NCBI RefSeq assembly: GCF_006345805.1
Contig: NC_043001.1
Span: 86,676,001 to 86,740,000 of the forward strand
Reading direction: 5' to 3'
From: Octopus sinensis
Lineage: Eukaryota
Length of the DNA: 64,000 nucleotides
The first letter of the stretch is position 1. The number at the start of each line of letters is the position of its first letter. Shown here piece by piece: positions 1 through 11,774 of this stretch. The position numbers and the translations under genes are program-made. A model generated the notes under the pieces. That model worked only from the letters and a program-made list of their open reading frames with translations. It searched no databases and had not been told where the DNA came from.

Positions 1-646
1 GCAAGGAGTGACCGGTGGAGCGGAAATGGCGTGAAACCGGTGTGTCGTTGGCAAGGCGGATGACACCGAGGTGTTCCGCGAAGCGGTCAGCCAAGCGGCG
101 TCCCGTTTGTCCGATGTACAGGGAATGGCAGAGAGAGCAAGAGATGCAATAGATGATATTGCTGGAGGTGCAGGTGAAGGAGTTGATGATGCGATAGGGT
201 CGATGATGGGTGCCAGTGAGGAGGGTGGTGTTGGAGAGGTAAGGGCAAGTGCGGCAACGTGGGCGGGAGCAGGGGAACGAGCCAGGTTGGGAGGTAGGGT
301 CAGGGAAGGAGCTGTGGACCAAAAGGTCTCGTAGGTTATGGGCTCGTTTGAAGGAGGTGAGGGGTCGGTTAGGGAAGAGGTGTGAAGTGGACGGGTCGGA
401 CTGGAGATGCCGGAAAGCTCGAAGAATGGTGCGTTGGAGAGGTAGGGTCGTAGGGTGGTAAGTGAGGGGAAAAGAGAGGCGGGAGATTACAGGGCGGGTT
501 CGGGGGGAGAGAGCAGATGCACGGTCTACGGAACGTGCTTTGGCAAGGGCGGTGTGGATAGTGGTGAGGGGGTATCCACGCAGGATGAAGTGGCGAGCCA
601 TGCGTTGAGACTGAGTCTCAAAGTCATGGTCGTCACTACAGAGCCT
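1..646 (-). mobile_element. Penelope-like element fragment (RT thumb + Cys-rich linker + GIY-YIG endonuclease), open frame running off the window edge
   Basis: Manual translation of 646->2 gives 215 codons with no stop: RLCSDDHDFETQSQRMARHFILRGYP...TYHP...FKRAHNLRDLLV...PCSRPRCRTCP...FTCTSSNIIYCISCSLCHSLYIGQTGRRLADRFAEH. It is absent from the ORF track because its stop lies outside the window. Confidence 0.9.
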
Positions 647-667
647 ATATATACATATATACATATA

Positions 668-1059
668 CGAGAGGCGTTCAATAAGTAATGCCCCTGACCC
701 ACTTCCCATAGCAGTAGAGCAACGAAACTTGGCACAGGTATTAGTCTTTTTCAGCATAGGAACAACCCAGAGTTACACATTTCTCCCATCGTTTGATACA
801 GCTCTGGAGACCGTTTTCATAGAAGACCCCAGCTTGGTCCTCCAACCACGACGTGACTTCAAAAATCAAGGCTGCATCATCAACAGGCTCCATTTCCCAC
901 TTGACTCATTTCAAACACATGTAAATCAGAAACCACTATTAGTTCGGAGCTGTAATTTGCCACTTAATCTATAGAGATATAAATAATTACACATGCAAAA
1001 TCTCAGCTAGATCAATCAAGGCAAGTGGGTCAGAGGCATTACTTATTGAACGCCCCTCG
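668..1059 (-). mobile_element. Mariner internal-deletion derivative (MITE-like)
   Basis: 37-bp TIRs CGAG(A/G)GGCGTTCAATAAGTAATGCC(C/T)CTGACCCACTT with 2 mismatches, TA on both sides, and a mariner transposase C-terminus (WLEDQAGVFYENGLQSCIKRWEKCVTLG) at 741-850. Confidence 0.9.
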
Positions 1060-1119
1060 TATTACATACATACTTATGCGCTTGAAAAGAGCGCATAAAT
1101 AAATAAATAAATAAATATA

Positions 1120-1150
<31 letters not shown>

Positions 1151-1269
1151 GGTAATAAATAAAATATATGCATACATACAAACATATATGTACGTACCGG
1201 GTTCGTTTGAATTTTCGATTTTTCGAATTCTCACTTCGTTCCGTCTCTTTCTTCCCAGTTTGTTTTACA

Positions 1270-1319
<50 letters not shown>

Positions 1320-1763
1320 TATATATCTTATTATAAAAGGCAGATTTTATCTGCCTCCCTTTGTATCTTATAGAAATCTACAATATAGGATTTCTTCAAT
1401 TACAATTTACCTAGCATTTTTAAGAGTAGAATGCATCGGGTCGTGCCAGGTCCAGTTTTTAAAATTTCAACACTAATTAAGCAAAATTTAGAGAAAACTC
1501 ACATTGTGGTGTATAAGTCAAATGCTTTTCTTAGTGTGGCCTACACCACACGCACACGAACACACACAGTGTGCAACGAATAAATTGAAAGTAATTCACT
1601 TTTTGTAGTGAGTGACTCTTTCACTCTGCCACCTCCTCTTTACACACATAGACACGCAAATATATAAATAAAATTGTAAGCTAACGTGTGTGTGTGAGTG
1701 TGTGTGTGTATGTGTGAGGGTGCGTGTGTGTGTGTGTGTGCGTGTGCGTGAGTGTGTGACAGG

Positions 1764-2440
1764 AAAGTTTTTTAGGACGAATATAAGACCTATATCCAAG
1801 TAGCAGAAAGATCGCCCAAAAGTGTATATAGATATTTAAATGTATTTATATATTCATCTATACACAGATGTATGTATAATGTGTGTGTATATATTTCCAT
1901 AGAGGTAACCTTTCACTCCATACAAAGTTTTTTAGGACGAATATAAGATCTAAAGTATATACAAGTAGCAGAAAGATCGCCCAAAAGTGTATATAGATAT
2001 TTAAATGTATTTATATATTCATCTATACACAGATGTATGTATAATGTGTGTGTATATATTTCCATAGACGTAACCATTCACTCCATACAAAGTTTTTTAG
2101 GACGAAAATAAGATCTAAAGTTATCTCTAAGTAGCACAAAGATCGCCCAAAAGTGTATATAGATATATAAATGTATTTATATATTCATCTATGCACACAT
2201 GTATATATAACGTGTGTGTATATATTTCCATAGACGTAACCATTCACTCCATACAAAGTTTTTTAGGACGAAAATAAGATCTAAAGTTATCTCTAAGAAA
2301 CAGAAAGATCGCCCAAAAGTGTATATAGATATTTAAATGTATTTATATATTCATCTATACACAGATGTATGTATAATGTGCGTGTATATATTTCCATAGA
2401 GGTAACCATTCAATCCATACAAAGTTTTTTAGGACGAAAA
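1764..2440. repeat. Tandem repeat, ~160-166-bp unit, about 4 copies
   Basis: AAAGTTTTTTAGGACGAA recurs at ~1764, 1924, 2089, 2255 and 2421 with conserved intervening sequence. Confidence 0.9.
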
Positions 2441-2673
2441 TATTTATATATAAAAGAAAGGTTGTGTGTCTGTCTACTCCGATTTAGATTCCTAACTACT
2501 CCCACATTTTGCAATGCAGCTTAACCAAAACCGGGTATCTTATAGTCGTGATTCATATCGAGCCCTTCTGTGTATTAGCGCGCGTCTACGATGAGTCTTT
2601 GATTTTACAAATAATTTACCATCATTTTTTTCCATTTTAATGCATATTTTTTTTATAAAGGGAAGTAACTCTC

Positions 2674-3180
2674 AAACTTCACACCAATATGCGTGCTCAT
2701 ATGCGACGTAATATCACATCAGCAGCATTTCCTCACACCCTCCTTGCACTTGGCGAAGGCAAAATACCAGGGGATGAAAATGGTAATATTGCCATCGATT
2801 CCATTTGTACCATTGTTAAGGCGCCTTCTGATCTCAGAGATGCAGTGTTCCCAGATCTACAAGCTAATTATCAGAATATGGATTGGATTGGCAAAAAGGC
2901 TATACTGGCCCCGAGGAATAAAACTGTTCACCATATTAATGATGAAATGCTAAAACTCATTCCTGGGGAAGTCTATGTATATCAGTCTATCGATACAACT
3001 CCTGACCCAGAGGACGTCATCAACTATCCAATAGAGGTACTCAATTCCTTTGAGCACTCCGGACTACCACCACACTTTCTCAAACTTAAAGTTGGTGCCC
3101 CTATAATGCTCATTAGAAATTTGGTTCCCCCAAAACAATGCAATGGCACACGTTTGATCGTTAAGTCCTTATCTCCCACC
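2674..3180 (+). pseudogene. Helitron Pif1-family helicase fragment
   Basis: ORF 2689-3210 (AILAPRNKTV...LKVGAPIMLIRNLVPPKQCNGTRL) is nearly identical to part of ORF 38080-39492. Confidence 0.9.
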
Positions 3181-3284
3181 GTAAGCTTATATCAATATTT
3201 GCCTGAATAATCATCATAATTCAGTGCAATCATTAACAGTACTTTCAAGCAATTCTGCCCGAGCAACGCCGGGCAATTCTGCTA

Positions 3285-3350
<66 letters not shown>

Positions 3351-3374
3351 ATGCGTATGTATGTATGTATATAT

Positions 3375-3592
3375 TTGTGTACTTGTGTCTGTTTGTCTCC
3401 CTTCATCTCTTGACAACCGATGTTGGTGTGTATACGTCCCCGTAACTTAGCGGTTCGGTAAACGGGGCCGATAGAATAAATACCAGGCTTACAATGAATG
3501 AGACCAGGTGTCGATTTCTTCGACTAAAAGAGGCCGTGCTCTAGCATGGCCACAGTTAAATTACTAAAACAAAAGAGTAAAAGAATAAAAGA
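3375..3592 (+). mobile_element. SINE family A, 3' half
   Basis: TTGACAACCGATGTTGGTGTG..ACGTCCCCGTAACTTAGCGGTTCGG... ending in an (AAAGAGT/AAT)n tail; matches copies at 10505 and 23183. Confidence 0.8.
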
Positions 3593-3647
<55 letters not shown>

Positions 3648-3663
3648 TGTGTGTGTGTGTGTG

Positions 3664-3710
<47 letters not shown>

Positions 3711-3774
3711 TCAATAAATGGTGGGGTTGTGTTGACCGCACGTGGAGAAATGATAAGTAAGGAAAAATTTTTTT

Positions 3775-3831
<57 letters not shown>

Positions 3832-4025
3832 GTATGTATGTATGTATGTATGTATGTATGTATACACACATACACACGGCAAACGTTATGTCCTGTTAAA
3901 CGTGGATGTATATTACAAAGGCGAATACTACTGTATTCCCTTGAGAGATTTTATATAACCATACGATGCTAAGAGTACTGACATTTATCGCAGCAGACGA
4001 GAACTATCTAATACAACTGCCGGAA

Positions 4026-4071
4026 CTGCTAGATCACATGATTTCAGTGTACTACATTTCCTCAGTGTCAG
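4026..4071 (-). ncRNA. Decayed type I hammerhead ribozyme-like motif
   Basis: Minus strand: ctgaca-CTGAGGA-aatgtagtacact-GAAA-tcatgtga-TC-tagcag. The core is intact and helices II and III fold; helix I has 2 mismatches. Confidence 0.55.
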
Positions 4072-4338
4072 GCTCCATACTCCTTTACAGCTAAATCTCA
4101 CTGCTAACGATATATAGAATAGTGATCTTTCAGTCAGTGATGCCGAAAAAAACCAGCAGCTACATAAACATACATTGTGTCTACATCACTTAACCAATAA
4201 AGATGAAACAAGTTGCCACTTTGCTTATAAATACAACAAATTCAATAGCTTTGGAGAACTGGAGCGATTAATTTGTATACTATAAGTACTTAACACTTTA
4301 TTTAATATAAATAATATTCAATATAAAATGTGTTTGTG

Positions 4339-4363
4339 TTTATTATTATTATTATTATTATTA

Positions 4364-4417
<54 letters not shown>

Positions 4418-4437
4418 CATTATTATTACTATTACTA

Positions 4438-4514
<77 letters not shown>
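4339..4514. repeat. (TTA)n microsatellite, probable (AAT)n tail or target of the adjacent R4-type LINE
   Basis: Direct reading; it abuts the 3' UTR of the minus-strand element. Confidence 0.9.
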
Positions 4515-4515
4515 G

Positions 4516-6450
4516 CCCTTGCACAACTTCTAACGCTAGAGCTGTACTACGGTGTCAGCTGTTCACTACCAGTGAACTAAGGTAACATCTCTTATTTTTC
4601 GAGCACCTTCCGGAATATTCGAGCAGTTCCAAGCAGTGCTGTTTTCGGCAAGTGCTCCCCCTTATTGCAGCCCCTATTTGTTCCACGTACTTCTCGAGAT
4701 TTTTGCTCACTGTTCCCAGGGCTCCGACAATTATTGGTACTACTGCTATCTTTTTCATCAACCACAAATGCTTAACTTCCCAAGTTAACCTGTCATATCT
4801 CTCAACTTTTCTTTCTTCCTTATCGCATACCTTGTTGTCAGCTGGGCATGCTCTATCTATGATCCAGCATAGTTTGTTTTCTTTCTCAATTTAGACTATG
4901 TCTGGCTTCCTATTCTCTATCTCATGGTCGCACTGAAGCATAAAATCCCATAGGATCTTTGCATTTCACTTTTTGACGATGCCTTCCGGTTTCTGCAGTA
5001 TTGTCTATTCTGTATTTTACGTAGTTCGTTCTTAGTGCTTGCTCTTGGGCAGCACAGATTAGAGCCTCCGTTTCTGGTTTTAAATCACTTTTAGTCATCT
5101 TTTTTCTGTTTGTCTTATCTTCAACATCCCTATGAATTTGTCCATGCATTCTCTTCTTTACCCACCTATTTCCAGTTTCATTCGTTATTTATTTCTTGTA
5201 TAGTGTTTTATCTTTGCAATCTTTCATCCTACACAAACCTGACCTTCTTACTTCCAATAATAACGGTTCTGTGGTATTTTATTAGATACCATGCTATGTT
5301 GTTTTCTTCTGCTGTAATGCTGTGTTCGCATCCAATAAGTCCTCTTCCCCCTCTTTTTCTTGGTACATACAGTCTGTCTGTGTCACTTTTGGGGTGGAGT
5401 GACCCATATCTAGTTAGCAACTTCCTTGTCTTTCGATCTAAGCTGCTTAGTTCGTCTACTGTCCATGCGATTACCTCTGCTCCATATCTAAGGAGTGAAA
5501 CCGCCCAGGTGTTGATAGCTTCGATCTTATTGCGTCTGTTTAATTTCGACTTAAGGATCAGTCTCTGTCTGCGCAAGTACTCCACCTTAAATTTTTCTGT
5601 CATTTCTTTCTCCATCAATTTATCCATTTCCAAAACCCCCAAGTACTTATAGCCCGTCTCTTCTATCTACTTCATAACCTCCCCCAACGGTATCGTTAGC
5701 CCGTCCATACATTTGATTTTACTTCTCTTCAAGACTAACACCCCACACTTACTCAGTCCGAACTCCATTCTGATATCAGCACTGAAGGAACTGGGAACAA
5801 CGAGAGAACTGACTTGAGCTTCATCTTTACCATAAAGTTTGAGGTCATCCTTGAATAACAAATGGTCGACGTTTTGTTGGTGGCTTTTGAATACATACCC
5901 AGCTTTGCTTTCCTTAGAATCAGTGTTAGTGGTATCAAGCACTGTACAAAGATCAGTGGAGACAGGCAGTCCCCTTGGAAGATGCCCCTCCTAATTTCTA
6001 CAGTCTCTAAACTTCTTCCGTAAGCTGTCAGGTCCGTCCTCCAATTCGCCATACTTTTTCCAAGCAATCGCTCAACATTCGATGTAATACCAAATAGGTT
6101 CATACACTCCATAATCCAAGAACGTAGGATCATATCGTACGCCTTACGATAATCGATCCATGACATGGCTAAGTTACTTTTCCTCCTCTTGCAGTCTCTA
6201 AGTACAGTTTTGTCTATCAGGAGTTGATCCTTGGTACTCTGCACTTACGCTTGCAGCCCTTCTGCTCATGTGGCAGGACACTTTTTTTCCCAGATGTTCA
6301 TACATTGACTCTGTGAGTATTCCAGTCAATGACGTCCACATAAGTGGCAAACAGGACATCGGCCTGTAATTGTCGTCCGCATTGCCTTTTTAGATGTTTT
6401 TCAGCACAGCACTGTCCTACCAGATATGAACCACTCTGGTGTTTCCAAAT
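4516..6450 (-). mobile_element. R4/Dong-clade (RLE-type) non-LTR retrotransposon, 5'-truncated and frameshifted
   Basis: RT pieces [31 protein letters not shown] and HLLFKDDLKLY; ETEALICAAQEQAL; C-terminal VPIIVGALG. Confidence 0.9.
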
Positions 6451-6789
6451 GTGAATTATCCAAACCTCTACAAATTCCTTTCAACACAAGGCTATGATGC
6501 TCTCCCACTACTTCTGCTCATGATCAGAGATGCACATGTCATCAACCATTAAGGGACATGCTCAATTGTTTAAGGTCAAACAACCGACAAGCAAATCTGT
6601 GGTATTGAGCAGAATATTTGCTGTTAGCCCATCTTTTAAACCAAGACAAAACAATGTACACGATAACACTGCCAATCGGTTAAAATCAGAAGCCATGAGA
6701 GCCTGTCTGGTACTGCATCAGGGCATTTATTGTTGTTGTTGTTGTTGTTGTTGTTAAACTAAACTCACTAGTTCGTTCATTTTTTTTTA

Positions 6790-8208
6790 AAGTTAAATTA
6801 AAATACATGGGTAGTAATAGTTCTCACATCGACAATGCTCATCTCAATACGTGTGATGTACCAGTTAAGACAATCTTTTGTACTTCTTGCAAGGATGGTA
6901 AGCCAGGGATCATTCTCATATAGTTTTCGGTTCCCTTTTTGATCATTCTTAGTGCTCCTACGATCACTGGTATCGTAACCGCCTTGAGATGCCACATTTT
7001 CTCAATTTCAATGAGCAGGTCTTTATATTTTCTGAGCTTGTCAAACTCTTTCGCCGAGATATTATGATCACAGGGGATGCTCATGTCGATCAATAAGCAA
7101 ACTTTATTGTTTTTGTCTTTCACAACAATATCTGGTTTATTGGCTTTGGTGGTTCGGTCTGTATGTACTGGAAAGTCCCACAGAATCGTTACATTTTCTC
7201 CTTCAGTTACAGCTTCAGGGTGGTGATTATACCACTTGTCGGCAGTTTTGATATTGTAATGCCGACTTATTAGCCAGTGTAGATATTGGCCAACTCTGTC
7301 ATGTCTTAATTTATACTCCACTGGTGCTAAGACTTTACATCCAGAGATTAGGTGGTCCACTGTTTCAATCATGTCGTTGCAGAATCGGCATTTTGGGTCT
7401 GCTCCATTTTTCATCACTTTGGCCTGGTAGTTCCGGGTTAATAGGCTTTGATCTTGAGCAGCCAGGATGAAACCTTCGCTCTCTGCTTTTAGCCCTGAGT
7501 TCCGTAGCCACTGATGGGTTTGCTTCTGGTCAACATCAGCTTGTTTGCTACGGGACACATATTTGCCGTGCAGAGGTTTCTCCTCCCACCTATCAGCCAA
7601 TTGCTCGTGCGCTTTTTTCGTTGCCATTATTTTCACCTTCTTTGCAACAATAGTTGCCGTACTTCCCTCGGGTTGTTCAGTTTGGGTATCCTGCACGAGA
7701 TCAATAGCAAATTTTTTGCTTTCCTTTATGATAGAATGAAGCTTCTTTCGTCTCTCGTGATTTTCCACGAGCTTTAGCATCCAGTCATTCGTTATTTCAA
7801 GATATTTGGCCAGTCCAATTGTGGTTGTTTTGTAAGCTAGTTCAAATTGGATCAGGCCTCGACCTCCTTGGGCTCTGGGAAGGTAAAGGCGATCTACGTC
7901 TGCCTTTGGGTGGTGCATCCTATTACAACTCAGCAGCTTGCGTATTTTCCTATCTATATTCTTTACTTCACTCATATTCCAGTTCAACACATTGTAGCTA
8001 TAAGTAACAAGTGGAACTGCTAAGGAATTTATAGCTAACACCTTGTTACGTGCATTTAGTTCAGATTTCAGAACTGCACGAACTCTCCTATAACATTCCT
8101 TCCTGATCTTCTCTTTCATGCTTGCATGCTGAATACCAGAGCCTTCATTTATCTCTAAATATTTGTATGTTTGTTCTTGCTCAAGCTCTCTTATGACTGT
8201 GTCAACAC

Positions 8209-8210
<2 letters not shown>
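6790..8210 (-). mobile_element. R4/Dong-clade LINE 3' part, open frame of ~450 codons
   Basis: ORF 6839-8119 extends upstream through YKYL. It carries the CCHC knuckle CRFC..ETVDHLISGC, RHDRV and the RLE motif KPDIVVKD..LID..KLRKY. An (AAC)n-type tract lies at 6728-6754. Confidence 0.92.
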
Positions 8211-8301
<91 letters not shown>

Positions 8302-8318
8302 TTATTTATTTATCTATC

Positions 8319-8535
8319 TAATCAAAATAAGCAACAAGGATATCCAAAGGTAATGCGGTACGATCGTTTCATGCGACTCCATTTAATTGAATAAGGCAAA
8401 TATTACATCAATTTAAAATGTAGAGCAATCTTCGGCTGCATAAAAATATAGAATTTAGTTAAATTCGAAGGACTCATTTGCATGAAACGATCGTACTGCA
8501 TTACCTCTGGATATCCTTGTTGTTTATTTTGATTA
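8319..8535. repeat. Inverted duplication (~56-bp arms) containing a hammerhead-like motif
   Basis: 8319-8374 is the reverse complement of 8480-8535 with about 3 mismatches. Confidence 0.85.
8353..8441 (-). ncRNA. Type I hammerhead ribozyme-like motif with long helix II (decayed)
   Basis: atgcag-CCGAAGA-[long hairpin]-GAAA-cgatcg-TA-ccgcat. The inverted arm preserves GAAA-cgatcg-TA-ctgcat, which pairs perfectly with atgcag. Core U4 is changed to C. Confidence 0.6.
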
Positions 8536-8633
8536 TAATCACTCCATTTTGAATTATATGGATAATACCATACTAAATTCTGATACCTTTAACTTAAGTA
8601 CTATATTCATCTGAATCTAAATTTTTACTGAAC

Positions 8634-8635
<2 letters not shown>

Positions 8636-8711
<76 letters not shown>

Positions 8712-8720
8712 GTCTATCTG

Positions 8721-8807
<87 letters not shown>

Positions 8808-8930
8808 GTCTGTCTGTCTATCTATCTATCTGTATATCTATCTATCTGTCTGTCTATCTGTCTAATTATCTATCTGTCTGTCTATCTATCTATCTATGCA
8901 TCTATCTATTTATCTATCTATCTCCTCTCT
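8636..8930. repeat. (TCTA)n/(TCTG)n microsatellite
   Basis: Direct reading. Confidence 0.95.
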
Positions 8931-8954
8931 CCCTCTCTCTCTCACTTTCTCTCT

Positions 8955-9017
<63 letters not shown>

Positions 9018-10107
9018 TTCACACACACACATACACACATACACACATACATACACTGTATTCTTTCTCTTACCACCATGTTCTTGTCGGAGCAACACAT
9101 TCCACATGCATAATCGTTAAACCTAAAGGGCAATTGACATCTATAAAGTGCCTCCTACGAACTTTAGGTTCAACCGGTGCTTCAGATATACTGGAAGAGG
9201 CCACATTACTACACGACGGAGAATTGACCAAAATGGATATCTCAAGCGATTTAGGAACTTCACCTGGCATTTCAGGTAACAATTCCGAAATATCAAATAT
9301 TCTAGGAATAACAGGAATCTCAGCTATTGTAACTCTAGGAACATGAAGTACCAATACTTCATAATTTGAACTACATTTCGTTCTAACACGTTTCTAGCCA
9401 CTCTTACTTCAGAATTTATGGTTCCCTTCGGTTGTTTTGATAGTGATTTCTACTCATTGTTCACCAGCTTCAAAATTCCGTACAAGAATACGATCGTCCT
9501 TTCTAAGACATATGCAACGGCTGTAATATCTTCGCCTTTTGTTCCGCTATATATTGAATTCGTAGAACTCGATGGCGAGTGTCTGGCTTGAGCAATGAAA
9601 AACAGTCGGCAAGTGACGTTTGGACAACATTTCAGCGAGAAAATCTCCAGTTGAATGCGGGGCAATTCTGAAAGAGAACAAAGACTTGTTGACTTTAATT
9701 TTGTGTGTCCCACTTTCATTGTTGTTGACTCTTTGAATGTGCGAACAGTGTTTCTATTACTTTATTCTTTCTTACTTTTTTCTTTCTACATTTCTTTCTT
9801 TTCCTTCTTTTCTTTCTTCATTTTCTCCTCCGCTTTCTTCTTCCTTCTTTTGCTTCTACTTCATCGTCTTCTTTTCCTCCTACTCTTCTCCTCCTCTTTT
9901 TCCTACTCTCTGTCTCCTACAACTTAATTTCCTTTGTTCTACTTCTAAGACAATGGTTTCTAAACTAATAAATTCCACCACCCCTCTCCCCTCCCACCAA
10001 AATGTTAAGAGAACATATTGTTTCCTTCTCCCACCACCACCAATACTGCACTTCATTAATGTGAACACAGAATAGAATTTACATTGATAGAACTATTATT
10101 TCTTCAC

Positions 10108-10231
10108 TAAGTATTTTTATCGTTTTCGTTAGCCAAACTGCTAAGTTATGGGGGACGTAAACAAACCAGCCCCAGTTGTCTAGCGGGAAGAGCAGAGACA
10201 AACGCAAAGCACCCACCTGTACAAGCACACA

Positions 10232-10275
<44 letters not shown>

Positions 10276-10842
10276 GCACGCTCACACACAAATACATACA
10301 TATACACACACATGTATATATTTATACGACGGTCTTTTCCCAGTTTCCGTTTACGAAATCCACTCACAAGGATTAGGTCGGTCCGGGGCTAAGTAGGAGA
10401 CACTTTTCCATGGTACTACGCAGTGGAACTGAACCCGGAATCATATGGTTGGGAAGCGTGGCTAAGGACGCAGGCGGGGCTTAGAGACGCGGAAGAGACT
10501 TACAGACGCGGGCGTGGTTATGTGGTAAGAAGTTTGCTTCCCAACCATATGATTCCGGGTTCAGTCCCACTGCGTAGTACCATGGAAAAGTATCTCCTAC
10601 TTTAGCCCCGGGCCGACCAAATCCTTGTGAGTGGATTTCGTAAACGGAAACTGGAAAAAGACCGTCGTATAAATATATGCATTTGTGTATTTATGTGTGT
10701 GTGTGTGTGCACGCGTGCGCGCGTTTGTACAGGTGGGTGCCTTTGCGTTTGTGTCTGCCCTCCCCGCCTGACAACTGGTGTTAGTTTGTTTACGTCCCCC
10801 ATAACTTAGCGGTTTGGCTAACGAAAACGATAAAGATACTTA
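10108..10842. mobile_element. Head-to-head inverted duplication of one SINE family A copy
   Basis: Arms 10108-10457 (-) and 10536-10842 (+) share private variants not found in the other family A copies in this window. Confidence 0.85.
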
Positions 10843-11774
10843 CCAAAGTAAATAAGTACTGCAGCCTGGCCGCAGTTCAAAAGATGAGTTTCTAACAAGT
10901 TTAAAAATTGTGAATAATTTTAACCCTATTAAAAGCATGACAATTTGTCCGCTTTTTTTTTTTCATTTTTTCTTTCTTTCAAATCTTGCAGGCTTCCATC
11001 TATGAGAAACACTGTTGTATGATACAGCGCGGAGCTAAATTGCATTTTAGTATTCGATTACATTCTCTGCCTTTTGAGTTCAAATCCCGCCGGAATCTAT
11101 ATTACTTCCCCATCCCCCACAGCAACGCTTTGTGGACGAATGAATGAAGTACTAGTCGAAGAAGTGACGTCACATTCATTCCATTGAAGCATCAAGTCAC
11201 TTTCTCCATTACAACACAAAGTTCTGTGGCCTTGTGCTGACGTTAAAACAATTAACGCTGCCACCGTCGCCACAAGCACCACCAACACCACCACCCACAA
11301 TTACCAACAATGTATCATTACCATCATCATCATCATCATCATCATCATCACCGCCACCAACACCAATACCACCATCAACATCATTGTCACCACTTTCATC
11401 ATCGTAACTTCGCTACCACCGCCATCACCTTTCTCCACTTCTTCCCCCTCAACATCATCACCATCACCAGTATGGTATCAACACCACCATCCTCCTCCTC
11501 CTCCTCCTCCTTATCCTCCTCCTCATCATTTGCAGTAGCACCAACATAGTTTCCGCTGGTGTTCTTTAGTTCTTTGTCAATTCTCCTGCTCGTGTTGACC
11601 GATGATCAAAAACTTTACAGCCGCGACCGATTCTTTTTTTGTTTTTTCCATCAAGGTAAAGTATATCTACAATAACATAATAGTCAGTCCTTCCCTTTTA
11701 TATTTTATTTAAGACGTTCGATGCAGGGTCGAAGATGATTTGAGGATGATATTGTTGTTATATTTAGCAGGTAG

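Larger units (their letters stand above)
1326..3285 (+). mobile_element. Composite/chimeric non-autonomous Helitron
   Basis: A|TC start homologous to the 5' end of the Helitron at 40820; a second Helitron-family 5' module at 2441-2673; a Pif1 fragment; 3' hairpin CCCGAGCAACGCCGGG followed by CTAG|T at 3282-3286. TA tracts on both sides. Confidence 0.75.

Noticed and set aside
71-688. Plus-strand ORFs in the GC-rich start of the window
   Set aside because: They are antisense shadows of the minus-strand Penelope ORF.
1764-2440. Regularly spaced repeats considered as a CRISPR-like array (also 61771-62683)
   Set aside because: Whole units are repeated with no unique spacers, and the context is eukaryotic.
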